Assembly (NCBI GenBank): GCA_951406725.2
Contig: OX597821.1
Span: forward strand, 7,192,001-7,256,000
Length of the DNA stretch: 64,000 bases
Direction: 5' to 3'
Source of the DNA: Octopus vulgaris
Lineage: Eukaryota
Below, piece after piece: positions 26,365 through 39,791 of this stretch; the first letter of the stretch is position 1, and each line of letters starts with the position of its first letter. The notes under the pieces were generated by a model. It was not told the DNA's origin and searched no databases. It saw only the letters and a list, made by a program, of their open reading frames with translations. The position numbers were made by a program, and so were the translations under genes.

Positions 26365-27340
26365 AATCTAAAATTAGGAAAGGCGTCAAGCAAGGCTGTG
26401 TACTATTCTCTGGCTTATTTAACTTTTGCACTGATGAAATGTTTGGACAAATAGAAGACATGCTAAGGACGCCAACAGAATAGTTAATAGTGTATTATCA
26501 ACTTTCAAATGAACTGACCTATAAAGCCTTGTAATTGTCAAAGAAATGTTCTGTAGAATAGAAATGAATGTAAAGAAAATAAAATCAATGGTAAGCAACA
26601 TGAAACAAGTCACCAAGTCACAATAAATGAATATTACAACTAAGGGAAAGTGAATTAAACAAACACTTGTGGCATCCGTCGGTTACGATGACAAGGATTC
26701 CAGTTGATCTGATCAACAGAACAGCCTGCTCATGAACTTAATGTGCAAATGGCAGAGCACTCCACAGACACGTGTATCCTTAATGTAATTCTCGGAGAGA
26801 TTCAGCATGACACAGTCTGTGACAAGGCTGGCTCTTTGAAATACCGGTATAACAGAAACAGGAAGAAAGAGTAAGAGAAAGTTGTGGTGAAAGAGTATTG
26901 CAGGGTTCACCACCCGCCCCTGCTGGAGCCTCATGGAGCTTTAAATGTTTTCACTCAATAAACACTCACAACGCACAGTCTGGGAATCGAAACCGCGAGA
27001 CCACTGCCCTAACCATTGCACCTCCACAAACAAACAATAAAAATGATAATACCACAGAAAGACTAATTGGAATATGCAGAATAAGAGGAGATTTGTGGAA
27101 TAGTGAGTCACTGATGAGGTCACAGGATGTGTGATGAAAAAGCTTTGACAAAGAAACTAAAATAATAATAATAAAGCTGAAATGAAGATGAAATATATAG
27201 TGCATGTGTTTAATTAGCAAAATATGACCACCACCAAGTATAACAAACATAATAAAGATTGGATGGATATATACAGAATCAGAAAATAGAAAGTGTGAAG
27301 CAAGAATGATAAGCTGGATTAAGAGAGCTAGAAAAGCAGT
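26365..27340 (+). mobile_element. Decayed RTE RT fragment containing a SINE E
   Basis: KIRKGVKQGCVLFSGLFN resembles the RT motif GVRQGCVLSPxLFN. Confidence 0.55.
26662..27027 (-). mobile_element. tRNA-derived SINE family E
   Basis: ggttagggca / tttcgattccc boxes; head shared with 42291-42477. Confidence 0.75.
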
Positions 27341-27717
27341 TCAAAATTATCTTTTATCTTGTACATGTTTCAGTCATTGGACTGTGGCCATGCTGGGGCA
27401 CTGCCGTCAAGGGTTTTGTCAAACAAGTCAACCCAAGAACTTATATTTCATTTAAGGTTGTCACTTATTCTGTCAGTCTCTTGTAAGTGCCGCATATTAG
27501 CTCACTCCCTCCATTCAATCAACGTTACCTGAACAGGTGCACTGTGTACCACATGCCAGGTGTTGAAGTGATCACAGAACAATGTGAGATGAAGTGTTCT
27601 CTTTAAGAGCACAATGTACCACCTGGTCTAGGAATTGAAACCATGATCTTGCAATCATGAATGCAACACTCTAACTACTAGACCATGTGTCTATATATTA
27701 CACAAAAAATTTCTTTT

Positions 27718-27774
<57 letters not shown>

Positions 27775-27908
27775 CATCATCATCGTTTAGCATCCGCTTT
27801 CCATGCTAGCATGGGTTGGACCTATATATATATATATATATATATAGAGGCATGTTGTTGCAAACAGGAAAAGTGGAACTCAAAATACGGGTATACATAC
27901 ATTTATAT

Positions 27909-28027
27909 TAATATTTAGCAGAATTAACAGAGTGTCTCAAGTTGCAAGAGTCTCATGCGCTTGATAAGTGTCACCACGTGAAACTCTCAGACCTTGAGTG
28001 ACTCTGATATGCCAGCTAAATATTAAC
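27909..28027 (+). repeat. Small hairpin element with a type III-like hammerhead core
   Basis: ttaatatttagc/gctaaatattaa ends; agagTC..TTGATAA gtg-tcac-cac gt GAAActct. Confidence 0.45.
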
Positions 28028-28177
28028 ACGTGTGTGTGTGTGTGTAAGATTCAAGGACCGAGGTGTAGGAAGAAGGTTAGCTTCAAGCAGACCATAGAAA
28101 ATATAAAAAAACAACTTTCAGGAACAATAATGCTTTATTGAAGTGGGAGGTTGTGGATATATTCAATATTAAAGAAT

Positions 28178-28600
28178 AGGCGCAGGAGTGGCTGTGTGGT
28201 AAGTAGCTTGCTAACCAACCACATGGTTCAGTCCCATTGCATGGAACCTTGAGCAAGTGTCTTCTACTATAGCCTCGGGCTGACAAAAAGCCTCGTGAGT
28301 GGATTTGGTAGATGGAAACTGAAAGAAGCTCGTCGTATATATGTATATATATGTATGAGTATGTATATGTTTGTGTGCTTGTGTTTGTCCCTCCAACATC
28401 GCTTGACAACCGATGCTGGTGTGTTTATGTCCCCGTAACTTAGTGGTTTGGCAAAAGAGACTGATAGAATAAGTACTAGGCTTACAAAGAATAAGTCCTG
28501 GGGTTGATTTGCTTGACTAAAGGCGGTGCTCCAGCATGGCCACAATCAAATGACTGAAACAAGTAAAATGGTAAAATGAGTAAAGAGTAAAAAGAGTATT
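28178..28600 (+). mobile_element. Full SINE B
   Basis: as 33889. Confidence 0.9.
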
Positions 28601-28673
28601 AAAGTATGGTAAGCTGAAAAAACTGTTTTATAGTTCACAGCAGGCAGGCAGGGTTGCCAGGTATGTGAACAAA

Positions 28674-29075
28674 ATACAAGAATTAAGGAATGAAGCAGAT
28701 AATATCTGGGCCACATATATTTCATAGTGAGTGGAACCTCAGAAGTAGTAAATATCTAAGTGAGATGTATACTGCAAGCTACTCCTCAGGCCAAGGGTAT
28801 CTTGATTAAATGAAGTTTACATTGTCGTAAAGAGGTACATGTCAACACACAGGTGGTTCAGTCATGCCCTATTCGAATCAGATTCTAATCAAATTGCCCG
28901 CATGTTGACATGTATCTCCTTACAACAACGTAAACTTTATTTAATCAAGATGCACTTGACCTGAAGAGTGGCCTGCGGTATACACCTCGCTTGGGTATTT
29001 ACCACTTCTGAGGTCCCATCACTATGGAACATATGTAGCCCAAGTATTATCTACTCCATTCCTTAACTCTTGTAT
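28674..29075. repeat. Long inverted repeat (~177-bp arms), each arm with a decayed hammerhead
   Basis: hand alignment of 28674-28850 with the reverse complement of 28900-29075. Confidence 0.9.
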
Positions 29076-29180
29076 GTATATATATATATATACATATATA
29101 TATATACATATATATATATACATATATATATATACATATATATACATATATATACATATATATATACATATATACATAGA

Positions 29181-30470
29181 CGAGGGACGTTCAATAAGTA
29201 ATGCCTCTGACCCACTTGCAGTTGTTTGATCTAGCTGAAATTTGGATGTGCAATCATTTATATCTCTATAGAGTAAGTGGCAAATTACAGCTCTGAATTA
29301 ATTGTGGTTTCTTATTTACAGGTGTTTGAACCGAGTCAAGTGTGAAATGGAGCCTGTTGAGTGCCGAGCAGTGATCCGGTTTTTGTATTTGAAAGGACGC
29401 ACACCACGGGAGACTTTTGATGAAATGAAAGTAACTTATGGTGATGATGCCCCATCATATGACCTTGTAAAACGCTGGCATCGTGAATTCAAACATGGTC
29501 GGAACTCTGTGGAAACAGCTCCCAGATCTGGTCGCCCCCTTCTACCATTGATGAGGCATCTGTCCGTCAAGTTGAGGCTGCCATTTTGGAAGATCGACGC
29601 ATAATTATTCGCCAAATAGCCCATGAGGTCAAGATTAGTACCGGGTCTGTGGAAACTATCATTCATGACCATTTGCATATGCAAAAGGTGTCTGCCAGAT
29701 GGATTCCCAGGTTGCTCACGCCTTTCCAGAAGCAAGAACGCGTCGAGTGCTCGAGGGTGAATTTGGAGATGTGCCAAGAAGATGAGTCAAAATTTTTCAA
29801 AAGACTGATTACACAGGATGAAACCTGGGTCCATCACGATGATCCAGAGACCAAAGCCCAGTCAATGCAGTGGAAGCACCGTGACTCACCCCCTCCAAAG
29901 AAGGCAAGGGTGCAGCCCTCCGCTGGCAAGGTCATGCTCACAGTCTTCTGGGACCAGGACGGAGTAGTGATGACAGATTTCCTGGCAAAGGGTACCACAA
30001 TTGCAGGAGCCTATTATGCTTCACTCTTGAGGAAATTAAGAGACGTTATCAAAATCAAGAGGCGGGGCAAGATCAGCAAAGGCATCCTCCTCCTGCAGAA
30101 CAACGCTCCGGTCCACAACTCGCTTGTCGCCAGATCAGAAGCACAGGCGTATGGCTATGAACTCCTCCCCATCCCTCCTACTTTCCTGACCTTGCACCCT
30201 CTGATTTTCACCTCTTCCCAATCAGGAAGTTGTTTTTGAAAGGAAAGCGTTTTCCAGATGATGCAGCCTTGATTTCTGAAGTCACGTTGAGGTTGGAGGA
30301 CCAAGCTGGGTTCTTCTACAAAAACGGTCTCCAGAACCGCATCAAACGATGGGAGAAATGCGTAACTCTGGGTGGTTCCTATGTAGAAAAAGACTAATAA
30401 CTGTGCCAAGTTTCATTGCTCTACTGCTATGGGAAGTGGGTCAGGGGCATTACTTATTGAACGCCCCTCG
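29181..30470 (+). mobile_element. Full-length (1290 bp) mariner with frameshifted transposase (about 29347-30398)
   Basis: TIR cgaggg(a/g)cgttcaataagtaatgcc; WIPRLL, ITQDETW, NNAP (second D lost), PDLAPSDF; two frameshifts; inserted in a TA array. Confidence 0.95.
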
Positions 30471-31035
30471 TATATATACATATATATACATATATATATA
30501 TATACATATATACATATATATATACATATATACATATATATACACATATATACATATATATACACATATATACATATATATACATATATATATATCTATA
30601 TATACATATATATATATACATATATATATATACATATACATACATATATATATACATATATATACATATATATATATACATATATATATACATATACATA
30701 CATATATATATACATATATATACATATATATATATACATATATATATACATATACATACATATATATATATACATATATATACATATATATACATATATA
30801 TATATACATATATATATACATATATGTATACATACATACATATATACATACATATATACATACATATATATACATATATATACATATATATACATATACA
30901 TATACATACATATAAATATACATACATATACATATATATACATATACATATATATACATACATATACATACAAATACATACATATACATATAAATACATA
31001 CAAATACATACATATACATATATATACAAATACAT

Positions 31036-31108
<73 letters not shown>

Positions 31109-31109
31109 T
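30471..31109. repeat. (TA/TACA)n array
   Basis: direct reading. Confidence 0.95.
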
Positions 31110-31342
31110 CGGTGGCACGTAAAAAGCACTATCCGATCGTGGCCGTTTGCCAGCTTCGTCTGGCACGTAAAAAGCACCCACTACACTCACGGAGTGGTTG
31201 GCGTTAGGAATGGTATCCAGCTGTAGAAACACTGCCAGATCAGACTGGGCCTGGTGCAGCCTTCTGGCTTCCCAGACCCCAGTTGAACCGTCCAACCCAT
31301 GCTAGCATGGAAAGCGGACGTTAAACGATGATGATGATGATG

Positions 31343-31345
<3 letters not shown>
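31110..31345 (+). mobile_element. SINE-like family D
   Basis: matches 21995-22265. Confidence 0.8.
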
Positions 31346-31377
<32 letters not shown>

Positions 31378-31605
31378 CTCTTTACTCTCTTTTACTTGTT
31401 TCAGTCATTTGACTGCGTCCATGCCGGAGCACTGCCTTTAGTCGAGCAAATCGACCCCAGGACTTATATTTTATAAGCCTAGTACTTATTCTATCGGTTC
31501 TTTTGCCAAACCGCTAAGTTACGGGGACATAAACACACCAGCATTAGTTGTCAAGCGATGTGGGGGGAAGAAACACAGACACACAAACACACACACACAC
31601 ACACA

Positions 31606-31679
<74 letters not shown>

Positions 31680-32459
31680 ACAAAGTGGAGTTGTAGGGTA
31701 CCGTACGAATGGAATTATATACGAAAGAAGGTTTGAAAATGCAATTTTAAAAGATATTTATGTACTTTACCGGTTTCACTCTTTGGAAAAAGTTGTCAAA
31801 AGTAACATGTAGAAGTTTGGTTGCGTTAATTATCGGTTATCACAAATTGCTACATTACATATATACAGTCTTTGGTAACAAGAACATGATAAGGACATAA
31901 GAAAGTTTAACAAGTTCCTTAAAATATTGGGCACAAAAGATTACAACATAAATATACATTCTCAAGAAAATGTTAAAGATAGTTTCCAGAAGGAATTATT
32001 AAAAAGTTCAGTGGAATATTGGTATACACGCACAGAATATTATGAGTTCAAAAAGCTTAAACTGACCTGTCCACCATAGGTCAGTTTAAGCTTCGCTTCT
32101 ATTATAATGTAAACCTTTTTGAACTCATAATATTCTGTGCGTGTATACAAATATTCCACTGAACAACCAATAATTAACACAACCAAACTTTTACATGTTA
32201 CTTTTGACAATCTTTTTCCAAAGAGTGAAACCGGTAAAGTAAATAAACATCTTTTAAAATTGCATTTTCAAACCTTCTTTCGCATATATATATATGTTGG
32301 ACGGGCTTCTTTCAGTTTCTGTCTACAAAATCCACTCTCAAGGCTTTGGTCGACCCGAGGCTATAGTAGAAGTCACTTGCCCAAGGTGTCACGCAGTGGG
32401 ACTGAACCCAGAACCATGTGGTTGGGAAGCAAGCTACTTACCACACACCCACGTCTGCG

Positions 32460-32462
<3 letters not shown>
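31378..32462 (-). mobile_element. SINE B split at its internal microsatellite by a palindromic element
   Basis: tail 31378-31590, head 32297-32462. Confidence 0.85.
31716..32288. repeat. Nested inverted repeat with hammerhead-like motifs in both outer arms
   Basis: outer arms 31716-31838/32165-32288; inner arms about 32006-32070/32078-32164. Confidence 0.9.
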
Positions 32463-32524
<62 letters not shown>

Positions 32525-33158
32525 ATAATTAAAGAATAAAATCATTAAAAATTTTAATATGATGCATTTCTTTTTAGTTTCCATCAATCAAACCCACTTA
32601 CTTTGGTCAGTTCAGGACTTGGAGCTATAGCGGGAGACACTGAGACATTTGCTCAAGTTGCCATGCAGTAAGACTGAACCTAAGACCACGTGGTTGAAAA
32701 GCAACCTTCTTACCACACAGTCATATCTGCACTTAATGAACAGATCTTAATATCAAGACCATAGAAACGTTATTAAAATGTAATTTATGGCTGATTGTAC
32801 TATAAAGAGCTAAAAGAGAGATATTAAGAAAAGTATCATTGAATACTTTGAGACGTAAGCATAGAGGCGACTTTTGAGAATAACATGGACAGAAGGACAA
32901 GGCCGCTGATGATGAGCTAAAAATAATGGCAAATACAAAGAAAGTTTTAGTAGGAGGCATCCTCAAAGGAGAGAAGACTGAAAATTTTGGACATTTAATT
33001 AGCAAAATGTGGTTTACAGAGATTGTTAATGGATGGCTAAAATGAATGAGGAAGGGGAGGGAGAGGAGGGAAAGAGGGGGGAAACTAAAATATGGTGGAT
33101 GTGTGGGAAGAGAGCCTAAGAGAGACTGGAAAGACAGGTACATGGTTTTCATCCTACT

Positions 33159-33190
<32 letters not shown>

Positions 33191-33888
33191 GGTGGTGGTG
33201 GTGGTGGTGATAATGATGATGATGACAACTAGGAGAAGGATTATGATGATTATGCTGCTGTTGCTGCTGATGATGATGACGATGACGGTGATGGTGATAT
33301 TGGTGATGTCATTCGTACACAACAAACAAAACACTAGAAAACATGGAAAAAGAAAGACTGTATATGAGTTAGAATAGAAAAGAGAGTAAGGGGAGAGAAA
33401 GAGAGGAAGAGAGAAAGAGAAGAGAGAAAGATAGGAGAAGAGCGGGAGAGATAGGTAGGGAGATAGTAAGGACAGAGCATATGTCCAAGAGTGAGAGCAT
33501 GTGAAAGAGAAATAGAAAGAGAGAGAGGAGGAGGGAGAGGGGAGAGTTAGAGAGAGATGGGAAGGGAGAGAGTTAGAGAGAGAGAGAGTTAGAGAGAGAG
33601 AGTGTGTGTTTGAGAGAAAAAGAGAATTATAGTGAAACTGTAAGAGAGAAAGGGAGAGTGTTATATGAGAGAGAAGTAGAAAGTGAGGTAGAAAGAGAGT
33701 GAATGAGAGAGTATGTGAGTGAGCAAGAGAGAGAGAGAGAGAAGGAGGAGACAGGTAGGCCATGAGAGAGAGAGAGAGAGACAGAGACAGGAAGAGAAAG
33801 AGAATGAAGACCGAAGGTTCCAATAAAGAAATGCTTCCAATATGGAACCATGTTTCCAATGGAATTTAGATGGTTCTGCAACCAAACT

Positions 33889-34303
33889 AGGTGCAGGAGT
33901 GGCTGTGTGGTAAGTAGCTTGCTTATCAACCACATGGTTCCGGGTTCAGTCCCACTGCGTGGCACCTTGGGCAAGTGTCTTCTACTATAGCCTCAGGCCG
34001 ACCAAAGCCTTGTGAGTGGATTTGGTAGACGGAAACTGAAAGAAGCCCGTCGTATATATGTATATGTATATATATATATATGTGTGTGTGTGTTTGTGTG
34101 TCTGTGTTTGTCCCCCTAGCATTGCTTGACAACCGATGCTGGTGTGTTTACGTCCCCGTCACCTAGCGGTTCGGCAAAAGAGACCGATAGAATAAGTACT
34201 GGGCTTACAAAAGAATAAGTCCCGGGGTCGGTTTGCTCGACTAAAGGTGGTGCTCCAGCATGGCCGCACTCAAATAACTGAAACAAGTAAAAGAGTAAAG
34301 AGT
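33889..34303 (+). mobile_element. Full SINE B (near-consensus copy)
   Basis: ggtgcaggagtggctgtgtggtaag..gggttcagtccc..(TA/TG)n..tgaaacaagtaaaagag. Confidence 0.92.
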
Positions 34304-34821
34304 AAACTTAACCAAGACATTTGGCCAAGTTCTTCTCCCTCAAATCCAATTTCAAACCTATACGAAATAAAGGCATTCTATGATACTTTGGTAAGAATTG
34401 CAGCATTGATCTTCTGTTAGGATAACAACAACAACAAAAGCAGTAACATCAGCAGTTCAAGAATTTGGACCAGGAGATCTCCGTTTCCAGCGACTTCGAG
34501 GACCACCTCACAGTGGTGTCGGGCGTCAACAAAGAGCCCTTGACTACAAGACGACCAAAGTTCTTTTTTTTCCCCAAGGTCTAGGGTCTCCCGTCCCTAA
34601 AGCCCTAGACCATCACCTAATCACCCTTACCCGTCTTGTTGCTTAACAACAACAACTTTCTTTGGGACAAAAACAACGGCAACAACTTCTACAGAAATCA
34701 CTCTTATCACCACCATCACCTCAACAACAATGACGACAACAACAAAATAATATATGTATATGCATATATACATACATGTATGTACATACCTACATATACA
34801 TGTATATATACATGCATATAT

Positions 34822-34978
34822 GGGTACAGGACGTCAAAAAACGTGAATAAAATGGAAAACGAGAACATTAAAAAGCAAAACAAAAACATGGAAAACGAAC
34901 TTTTTTTGGACAACGAAAGAAAGAAATAGAGAAACGAGACGGGCAACATAAAGAACATTCCCTTCATCAGTGGTCGAG
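34822..34978 (-). mobile_element. Truncated relative of the 45552/46331 repeat family
   Basis: reverse strand ctgatgaagggaatg..gtcctgtaccca resembles ctgatgaaggggaat..gtcctgtactca. Confidence 0.6.
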
Positions 34979-35034
34979 CTCTCAAAACGCATACCTATTA
35001 GTTTGAGTCATCCTGACAAAAACTCCTCATATCC

Positions 35035-35082
<48 letters not shown>

Positions 35083-35532
35083 CATACATACATATATGCA
35101 TACACACACACATATATAAATTTATAGGCTAGACCATCTAAACGAGACGATTTGTAGATACGTGGACAATTTCTCCAACCCGAGCAGTGTGAACAATAGT
35201 GAGGGAATGGTCGAAAGTGATATGAAGAGTAGAACTAGCAAGCTAGAAGACATATTACAGCACAAATTTGGATACCAGCAATACCATCAACAAGTACCAC
35301 CACCGAAATGAATGTCTGGCCATACGGTTTGATAACTCTGCCAGAAGTTCTGCATGATAGGCGCAGGAGTGGCTGCGTGGTAAGTAGCTTGCTTACCACC
35401 CACATGGTTCTGGGTTCAGTCCCACTGCGTAGCACCTTGGGCAAGTGTCTTCTACTGTAGCCTCGGGCCGACCAAAGCCATGTGAGTGGATTTGGTAGAC
35501 GGAAACTGGAAGAAGCTCGTCGTATATGTATG

Positions 35533-35592
<60 letters not shown>

Positions 35593-35975
35593 TATTTGTC
35601 CCCCAGCATCGCTTGACAACCGATGCTGGTGCGTTTAGGTCCCCGTATCTTAGCGGTTCGGCAAAAGAGTCCGATAGAATAAGTACTAGGCTTGCAAAGA
35701 ATAAGCTCCGGGGTCGATTTGCTCGACTAAAGGCGGTGCTCCAGCATGGCCGCAGTCAAATGACTAAAACAAGTAAAAGAGTAATAGAGTATGATAATGA
35801 AATATCATTATTGACTGCTGAGGTGATCAAGAAGCTGAGCATATTCCACCAACGATGTCTATGGAGAATTCTCGAAGTCATATGACAACAAAAAATAACA
35901 CATGGGGAAGTCTTTCTGTGAGGCAAATCCCACCAGTCGCAAAAATATGGCCTCGCATCGTTTTTTCCTGGAAGG

Positions 35976-36668
35976 CAGTAGCGTAGCTAGAGGGACCGAA
36001 TGGGGGCGAACGATCTATCCACTAGCTATTTTATTATAGGGTGGGGGCGGTAGCACTTTTGGGTTTGCTGTGTTAGCCTGTATGGTCTTGGGAAAGTGGT
36101 GGGGGCTGCCCCGAGCGCGAATTTTTTTCCCACCAGAGTTCCGGACCCCAGCAATGAACACATTTGCATACAGCCAATCAGAGCTCACTTTGACCTTGTT
36201 GTCAAATTAACAAAGGTTGCCATTCAAGAAGGGTGTTTTAAGTCGACCGCTCGCTAAGTTATGTTTGATTTTAGGAGACAATTCGATAGATTCACATCTA
36301 TACCTATTATCGGATTTTGTTAGGGCCCCGTTTGGTAAAGATGTGGAGGGGAAGTGTGGGTGATGTGCTAGCAACCCTCTCCCCTTACTGTCTTACAAAG
36401 TAAACAACAACACAAATAACTGCGCAGACGCAGCCGTGGTTGAAACAAGAGCAAGAACAACAGACATTCTTAAAAGAGAAAAGAAACATGGTCATTCATT
36501 ACCCAAGAGACCTTATCTTATCGCCCATCACTTGTTATGCGCTCGTAAATTAGTTTGATTGTTGAGCTCTCATTGGGTGTATGCAAATGAGTTCATAACT
36601 GGGGTCCGGAACTCTCGTGGGAAAAGAATTTCGCGCCCCGGGCGCCAAATACTGTAGCTACGCCACTG
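35976..36668. mobile_element. hAT-like MITE
   Basis: TIR cagtagcgtagcta/tagctacgccactg; 8-bp TSD ctggaagg/ctggcagg. Confidence 0.85.
36117..36634. mobile_element. MULE-like MITE nested in the hAT MITE
   Basis: TIR gcgaa..ttcccac.agagttccggacccc; 9-bp TSD gccccgagc/gccccgggc. Confidence 0.75.
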
Positions 36669-38639
36669 CTGGCAGGTCATATTTTGAGCTTCCCAGCCAC
36701 TTGCTATGCAAATACTGCAATGACATAGGTAGCAGAAGGGTGGTGGAACGGACAAAGAGCTGATACAAGAACATCTAGAGCTGGACATTCCAGGATGGCC
36801 GCAGACGTACGAGGATCAGTTGGATAGAAGCTAAGAGAACAATGATAGATCGACCGCGCTGGAGGAAGTTTGCTGCCTTATGCGCGAAAAGACTTACTGC
36901 ATTTGTTAGCATAAAAGATGACCGAGTATATGAGACGACTCCTATCTTTACAGCTCATATTCATGAAAAAGAAAAACAGTTTTTAGTGCATTATAGTTTA
37001 TGGAAGTCCAAACTTCACATACAGGACCAGGGGAGATTTTTCGTGACCCTTTTTTTTTTTTGAAAAAACAAGTGCAATTACACCATCAATTACGACGAGT
37101 CTAAATTAGAAAAACTTGACTGGTGATTACTACTCCCATAGCGATGAAAATTAAAGTTAACCGTGTGAAGGAATTTTAGTTCTTGGTAGAAAATATGGTT
37201 CTCATGACGAACAAATGAAGAATGAGAGAGGATAGCTACTATAAGATCCAAAATATTTCTGCCCATAAACTGATGTACTTTATTATGTTAGTGTCTATTT
37301 TTGTTATTGTTATTATTTTTAATTCGTCAAATCTGACAGAATTTGAACACTCGATAATGAAAACTCTTACAGCCAAAAGACGTATAGTAAATAATCAACC
37401 GAACAGAAGACAGACACAGAAGGCCAAGTTGAAAAACATATGCTAAATGCACAGACAGACAGAAAACAAATACAGAAGGTCACCAACTCTTGATCAGTTA
37501 TCGGCCAGAGTGTCATACGCAATTCCGTGCCATTATCGATGGCTTCCACTCTGGAGGCACAGATCAAAACACAAAACGAAACGGAAAACAATAAATAGAT
37601 GAACAAGCAATACAGAAATGCATGTACAAAAATGGGTAAAAGAAATTCGAGACAAGACCGCTAGGGGACGGACGCGGAACTAAAATAAAAGAAAGTAACA
37701 GAAGGCAGGCGAAGACTACAAAAAATTATAATAATAATACATATACACAAAAAAAAGCCGTGGGGCTACATGATAGGCCTATATGTACATACATACATTA
37801 ATGAAAGGATGTGATTGATTGATTGATGAACACGTAGGTATAAATGGAAGGTAAGATGGATATTGATTTGAAATTTTAGCTCAAGCCATTAATTTTGGAG
37901 GAAGGGATAAGTCGTACTTATTCTAACAACTCCTGCAGTAAGGTATACAAAGAATGAACATCGGAAAGCTATGACACGAGGGGAGGGGATATTGAAAAGT
38001 CAGGTATAGCCGTTCACATATGGCAAAATGGAGACCACCAACCACTGCGGAAGTTGTTGTTGACAAACAACAGCACTAATTTTATTCAGCTGAATATACG
38101 TCATTGATTGGTTGAAATTACTGAAATACGACAACTTTAACACGAAATAACTTCGTAAATATAAACTTTTCACAAAAATGCTAAGAGTAAAAGAAGTTTT
38201 ATATGACACATTCTACCAGTATACGAAGTTTGAAAGTGTTTAGTTATAAAAAAATATTTTTTAAATCTGCCGGTCAAAAGGTAAAGATCCCAGAGATGAA
38301 TACAATTATGGTAACCAATAATTAAGAAAGAAGAGGGCAGACTGCCATAATAGAATACATAGACATTAGGTTGGCTGGTCTTAGAAGTTCACTCGCTCAC
38401 TGCCCATGGATATGGTGTAGTAGATAAAGACATATGTTTTTATGCAATGCAGTTACCTAGAGGTGCTGAGTTCAATTCCAAGCAAGGCATTTAGGTAATT
38501 CTCATAATTTACCTGAAGCAAATAAATTTTGAAAAGATGTCATGAAACACAGAGAGCGGAATGAGAAAAGTGTACCCCTGTAAATTAGGTAAAGGTTTAG
38601 GTTCGAAATTCCGATTCAGCAACCGAGTTGATACAACAA

Positions 38640-38725
38640 CCAAGTTCAAGACATCTGAAGGAGGCTGGAGCCGTACAAAAGCCGAAACGTAGAGAAAGCA
38701 ACAATGAAGATGAGGACACTAATCT
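38640..38725 (+). ncRNA. Degenerate minimal hammerhead remnant
   Basis: CTGAAGG a ggct..agcc GAAACGTA; core A9 changed and stem I lost. Confidence 0.35.
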
Positions 38726-38744
38726 AACTAAACAATATCGAAGG

Positions 38745-39348
38745 GATGGTCATGGTTCAATAGTAAGAGCGTCGAACTCATAATTATAAGGTACTGAGTT
38801 CGATTCCCGGACCGGGCTGTGTGTTTTAGTCTTGAACGAAACACTTTTCTCGTTTGGTGCCAAGCTGTATCGGCCCTTTGCCTTTCCCTTGGGTAACATT
38901 GGTGACATGGAGAGGGGAGGCTGGGATGTATGGGCGACTGCTGGTCTTCCATAAACAAACCTTCCTGGACCTGTGCCTCAGAGGGAGAAACTTTCTAGGT
39001 GCAATTCCACGGTCATTCGTAACCAAAGAGGGTCTTTACCTATTGATAGATAACTATCCATTCAATATTGTTTAGATGGACAACTAAAATACATAAGTTG
39101 ATAGACAGATAATATACATCGCAATATTCATTAAAACAAGGTGAATGACAGAGAGAAACTAGTGAACATGAAGGAAAGAAGATGAGGTTTATTTAAAAAT
39201 ATGGTTGAGGGACGCCCGACCTTGGGTAAAAAAAAATGATAAAATCTGTAATGTGTGGCAACCGTGGACGCTGCTCCAGGGTGCATTTACACATAAGTAT
39301 CTATCTTTATATGGATATATATATATGTGTGTGTGTGTGAGTGTGTGT

Positions 39349-39393
<45 letters not shown>

Positions 39394-39725
39394 GGCGCAT
39401 GGCTCAGTGGTTAGAGCGTCGAGCTTACGATCGTGAGGTTATGAGTTCGATTCCCAGACCGAGCTGCGTGTTGTCTTCTTCAGCAAGACACTTGATTCCA
39501 CGTTGCTCCAGTTAACTCAGCTGTAGAAATGAGTTGCGACATTACTGGTTCCAAGCTGTATCGGCCTTTGCCTTTCCCTTGGGTAACATTGGTGACATGG
39601 AGAGGGGAGGCTGGTATGCATGGGCGACTGCTGGTCTTCCATAAACAACCTTACCTGGACTTGTGCCTGGGAGAGTAACTTTCTAGGTGCAATCCCATGG
39701 TCATTCATGACCGAAGCGGGGTGTC
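38745..39725 (+). mobile_element. Two SINE C copies (38745-39040, 39390-39725)
   Basis: matches 20614. Confidence 0.85.
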
Positions 39726-39727
39726 CT

Positions 39728-39788
<61 letters not shown>

Positions 39789-39791
<3 letters not shown>

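Larger units (their letters stand above)
35110..36900 (+). mobile_element. Decayed RTE LINE RT C-terminus hosting SINE B (35359-35783) and two nested MITEs
   Basis: KKLSIFHQRCLWRILEV, AGH, DRPRWRKF. Confidence 0.7.

Noticed and set aside
38000-38292. MITE-like segment ending aaggtaaagatccc
   Set aside because: No convincing partner TIR or TSD found.
39390-39465. tRNA-like sequences (also heads at 33889, 42477, 48212)
   Set aside because: They continue into SINE bodies and lack full cloverleaf and terminator; not tRNA genes.
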